From Nemertoderma westbladi (Eukaryota; Animalia; Xenacoelomorpha): a DNA stretch of 64,000 nt. Of the stretch, positions 62,467 through 64,000 are shown in pieces. Positions within the stretch are counted from its first letter, which is position 1. Each line of letters opens with the position of its first letter. The stretch lies in the NCBI GenBank assembly GCA_032718475.1, contig JAUCBJ010006375.1, positions 1 through 64,000 of the forward strand, read 5' to 3'. The position numbers and the translations under genes are program-made. The notes beneath the pieces are model-generated. The model saw only the letters and a list, made by a program, of their open reading frames with translations, ran no database searches and was not told the origin of the DNA.

Positions 62467-62860
62467 TAGCTAATGCTGTTTTATATAGGGGCAAGTGATA
62501 ATTAGCAGCATTTCTTGTTGGATAAGAGTGTACCTGTCGATTGAGTATCAGTTTGGAACTCAATTCTGAGGGTAGCTTCACCGAGGATGTTCTATGTTTA
62601 TAGATTAATTTGACACATTGTAACCGATAGGAATCCTGAAGTTTTAGTACTTTTAAATATTTGAAAAGTGGTTCGGCGTGAACTGTTTTGGATTTCAGTG
62701 AGACGACACGTATTATTTTATTCTGCAATTTTATCAGTGGTTTAAGAGTTGACTCTGTCGCACTGAAACCCCACAGTATCAGACCAAAAGATTAGTAAGA
62801 TGCCACTAGTGTATGATATAACATGAGACGTATAGTTTCAGGAATGAAATGTTTTATGGA
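62467..62860 (-). pseudogene. CR1-group (Crack/Daphne-like) LINE ORF2 C-terminal region, 5' piece
   Basis: LQNKIIRVV...HAEPLFKYLKVLKLQD...HSYPTRNAANYHLP is typical post-RT LINE sequence. It joins the 59963 piece in frame. Confidence 0.78.
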
Positions 62861-64000
62861 ATGGTTTATAGGTTGATGACCCAACTAACACTACGTTTGT
62901 CTATATGGACGGTCTCCTTATAGCCAGCTAGCTTAGGGCTTTTCTAGTTGAATCATATTATTCTGCAACCATATAATTTACTCTTTTAGACGAATTAGTG
63001 CGTTTTTTTTGCCGGACTAACAAATTTTGGCGACGTTCTGTGCGAGATTGGCGATATTTGAAAAGATTCTGAGGCTCAAATAGGTTGCTCATATGACTGA
63101 ATGGCCCAAATAAAAAAGTTGTTGCATACTCGACGAGTTGAAATCGGTGAAATTCTACATTAAATTTTCAAAACCGCTATTTTTCAGTGATCCCGTTATC
63201 GAAACGCCACAAAAAATATACAGTCTTGTGCGCAACCAAAATTTATGTAGAGTTTGTTATTAAAATGTTTTCGTACCTGCTTGAGTTTTTGAGATATTGG
63301 ATGGTTATACATACACACACACATAACCACATCGTGTTTTTGAACGGCTCAACTCTTGAGTAAAACTACCCTGGCCTATTAATAAGCAGGTTCGTTATAA
63401 ATCGTACTACTTCAAACCAAGAATATCAGATCCATGTGACACTGTATTAAATAGGCAAAGCGACTTGCGAGAGTCGTTGTTTAAACAGCAGCATGCATTG
63501 ACGAAAATGTATTGCTTTCCTAGTTATAAAATTAAAATGTTTAATAATTCACTAGTGTTAATTATTAAACAGTTTAATTTTCCGACAAGCCGTCTTTAGG
63601 GAGGTATAGAATAATTTAAGAGTAGGTATTCCAGTATTCGGAAACATAGTGGTTGGGGTCTTTTATTACCCAGTGAGTTAGACCCCAACCGAGGGAAATA
63701 TACCCCAACCAACTATATAGTTAATAATAATTATGATATAAATAAAATAAATCACTTTTTAGTTATGAAAGTCTCATAGGTGGAGTTTGGTAAACTAAAC
63801 ACATGATAAAACGTTATTGCTACAAAATTACAAGTTACAAAAACACATACAACTTAATTATAATTTTAGTCATTGAGACTGTAGTCTAGCAAAGTAAACA
63901 ACAAAGAGATAAAAACGAAACGTCCCCTTAGTTCCCTGCCACAAGTTCCCGCTTTGGTAGGGAATATTACGTCGTCTCAACAATTAATTTTATCCACCTT

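Noticed and set aside
56800-64000. Further upstream ARMH3 exons, including ORF 59038-59262
   Set aside because: No recognisable ARMH3 peptide with a compatible splice phase was found by eye. The exons probably lie beyond the window or were missed.

Overview
This is eukaryotic DNA, probably from an invertebrate animal, not prokaryotic. It is AT-rich, has spliceosomal GT-AG introns, and roughly 45% of the window is tandem repeat from more than a dozen unrelated mini/microsatellite families. Host genes are the last two coding exons of an ARMH3/C10orf76-like gene (minus strand, 56749-56532 and 34299-34011, 22.2-kb phase-2 intron) and a short two-exon TTC25/ODAD4-like TPR gene nested antisense in that intron. 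Mobile elements include an apparently intact L2-clade LINE inside a 40-bp satellite, a decayed Crypton-like tyrosine-recombinase element, a Penelope-like fragment carrying a minimal hammerhead ribozyme, a tRNA-derived SINE whose A-box half is tandemly amplified, a Kolobok-like MITE, and an Academ-like DNA transposon that splits an older LINE. The most unusual signals are the LINE ORF1-UGA-C-ORF2 in-frame arrangement with a mucin-like linker, the asymmetric inverted-repeat plus long-hairpin ends, the hammerhead, and the Pol III A-box array. Most long ORFs in the track are repeat artefacts. All family assignments come from motif recognition by eye, not from database searches.
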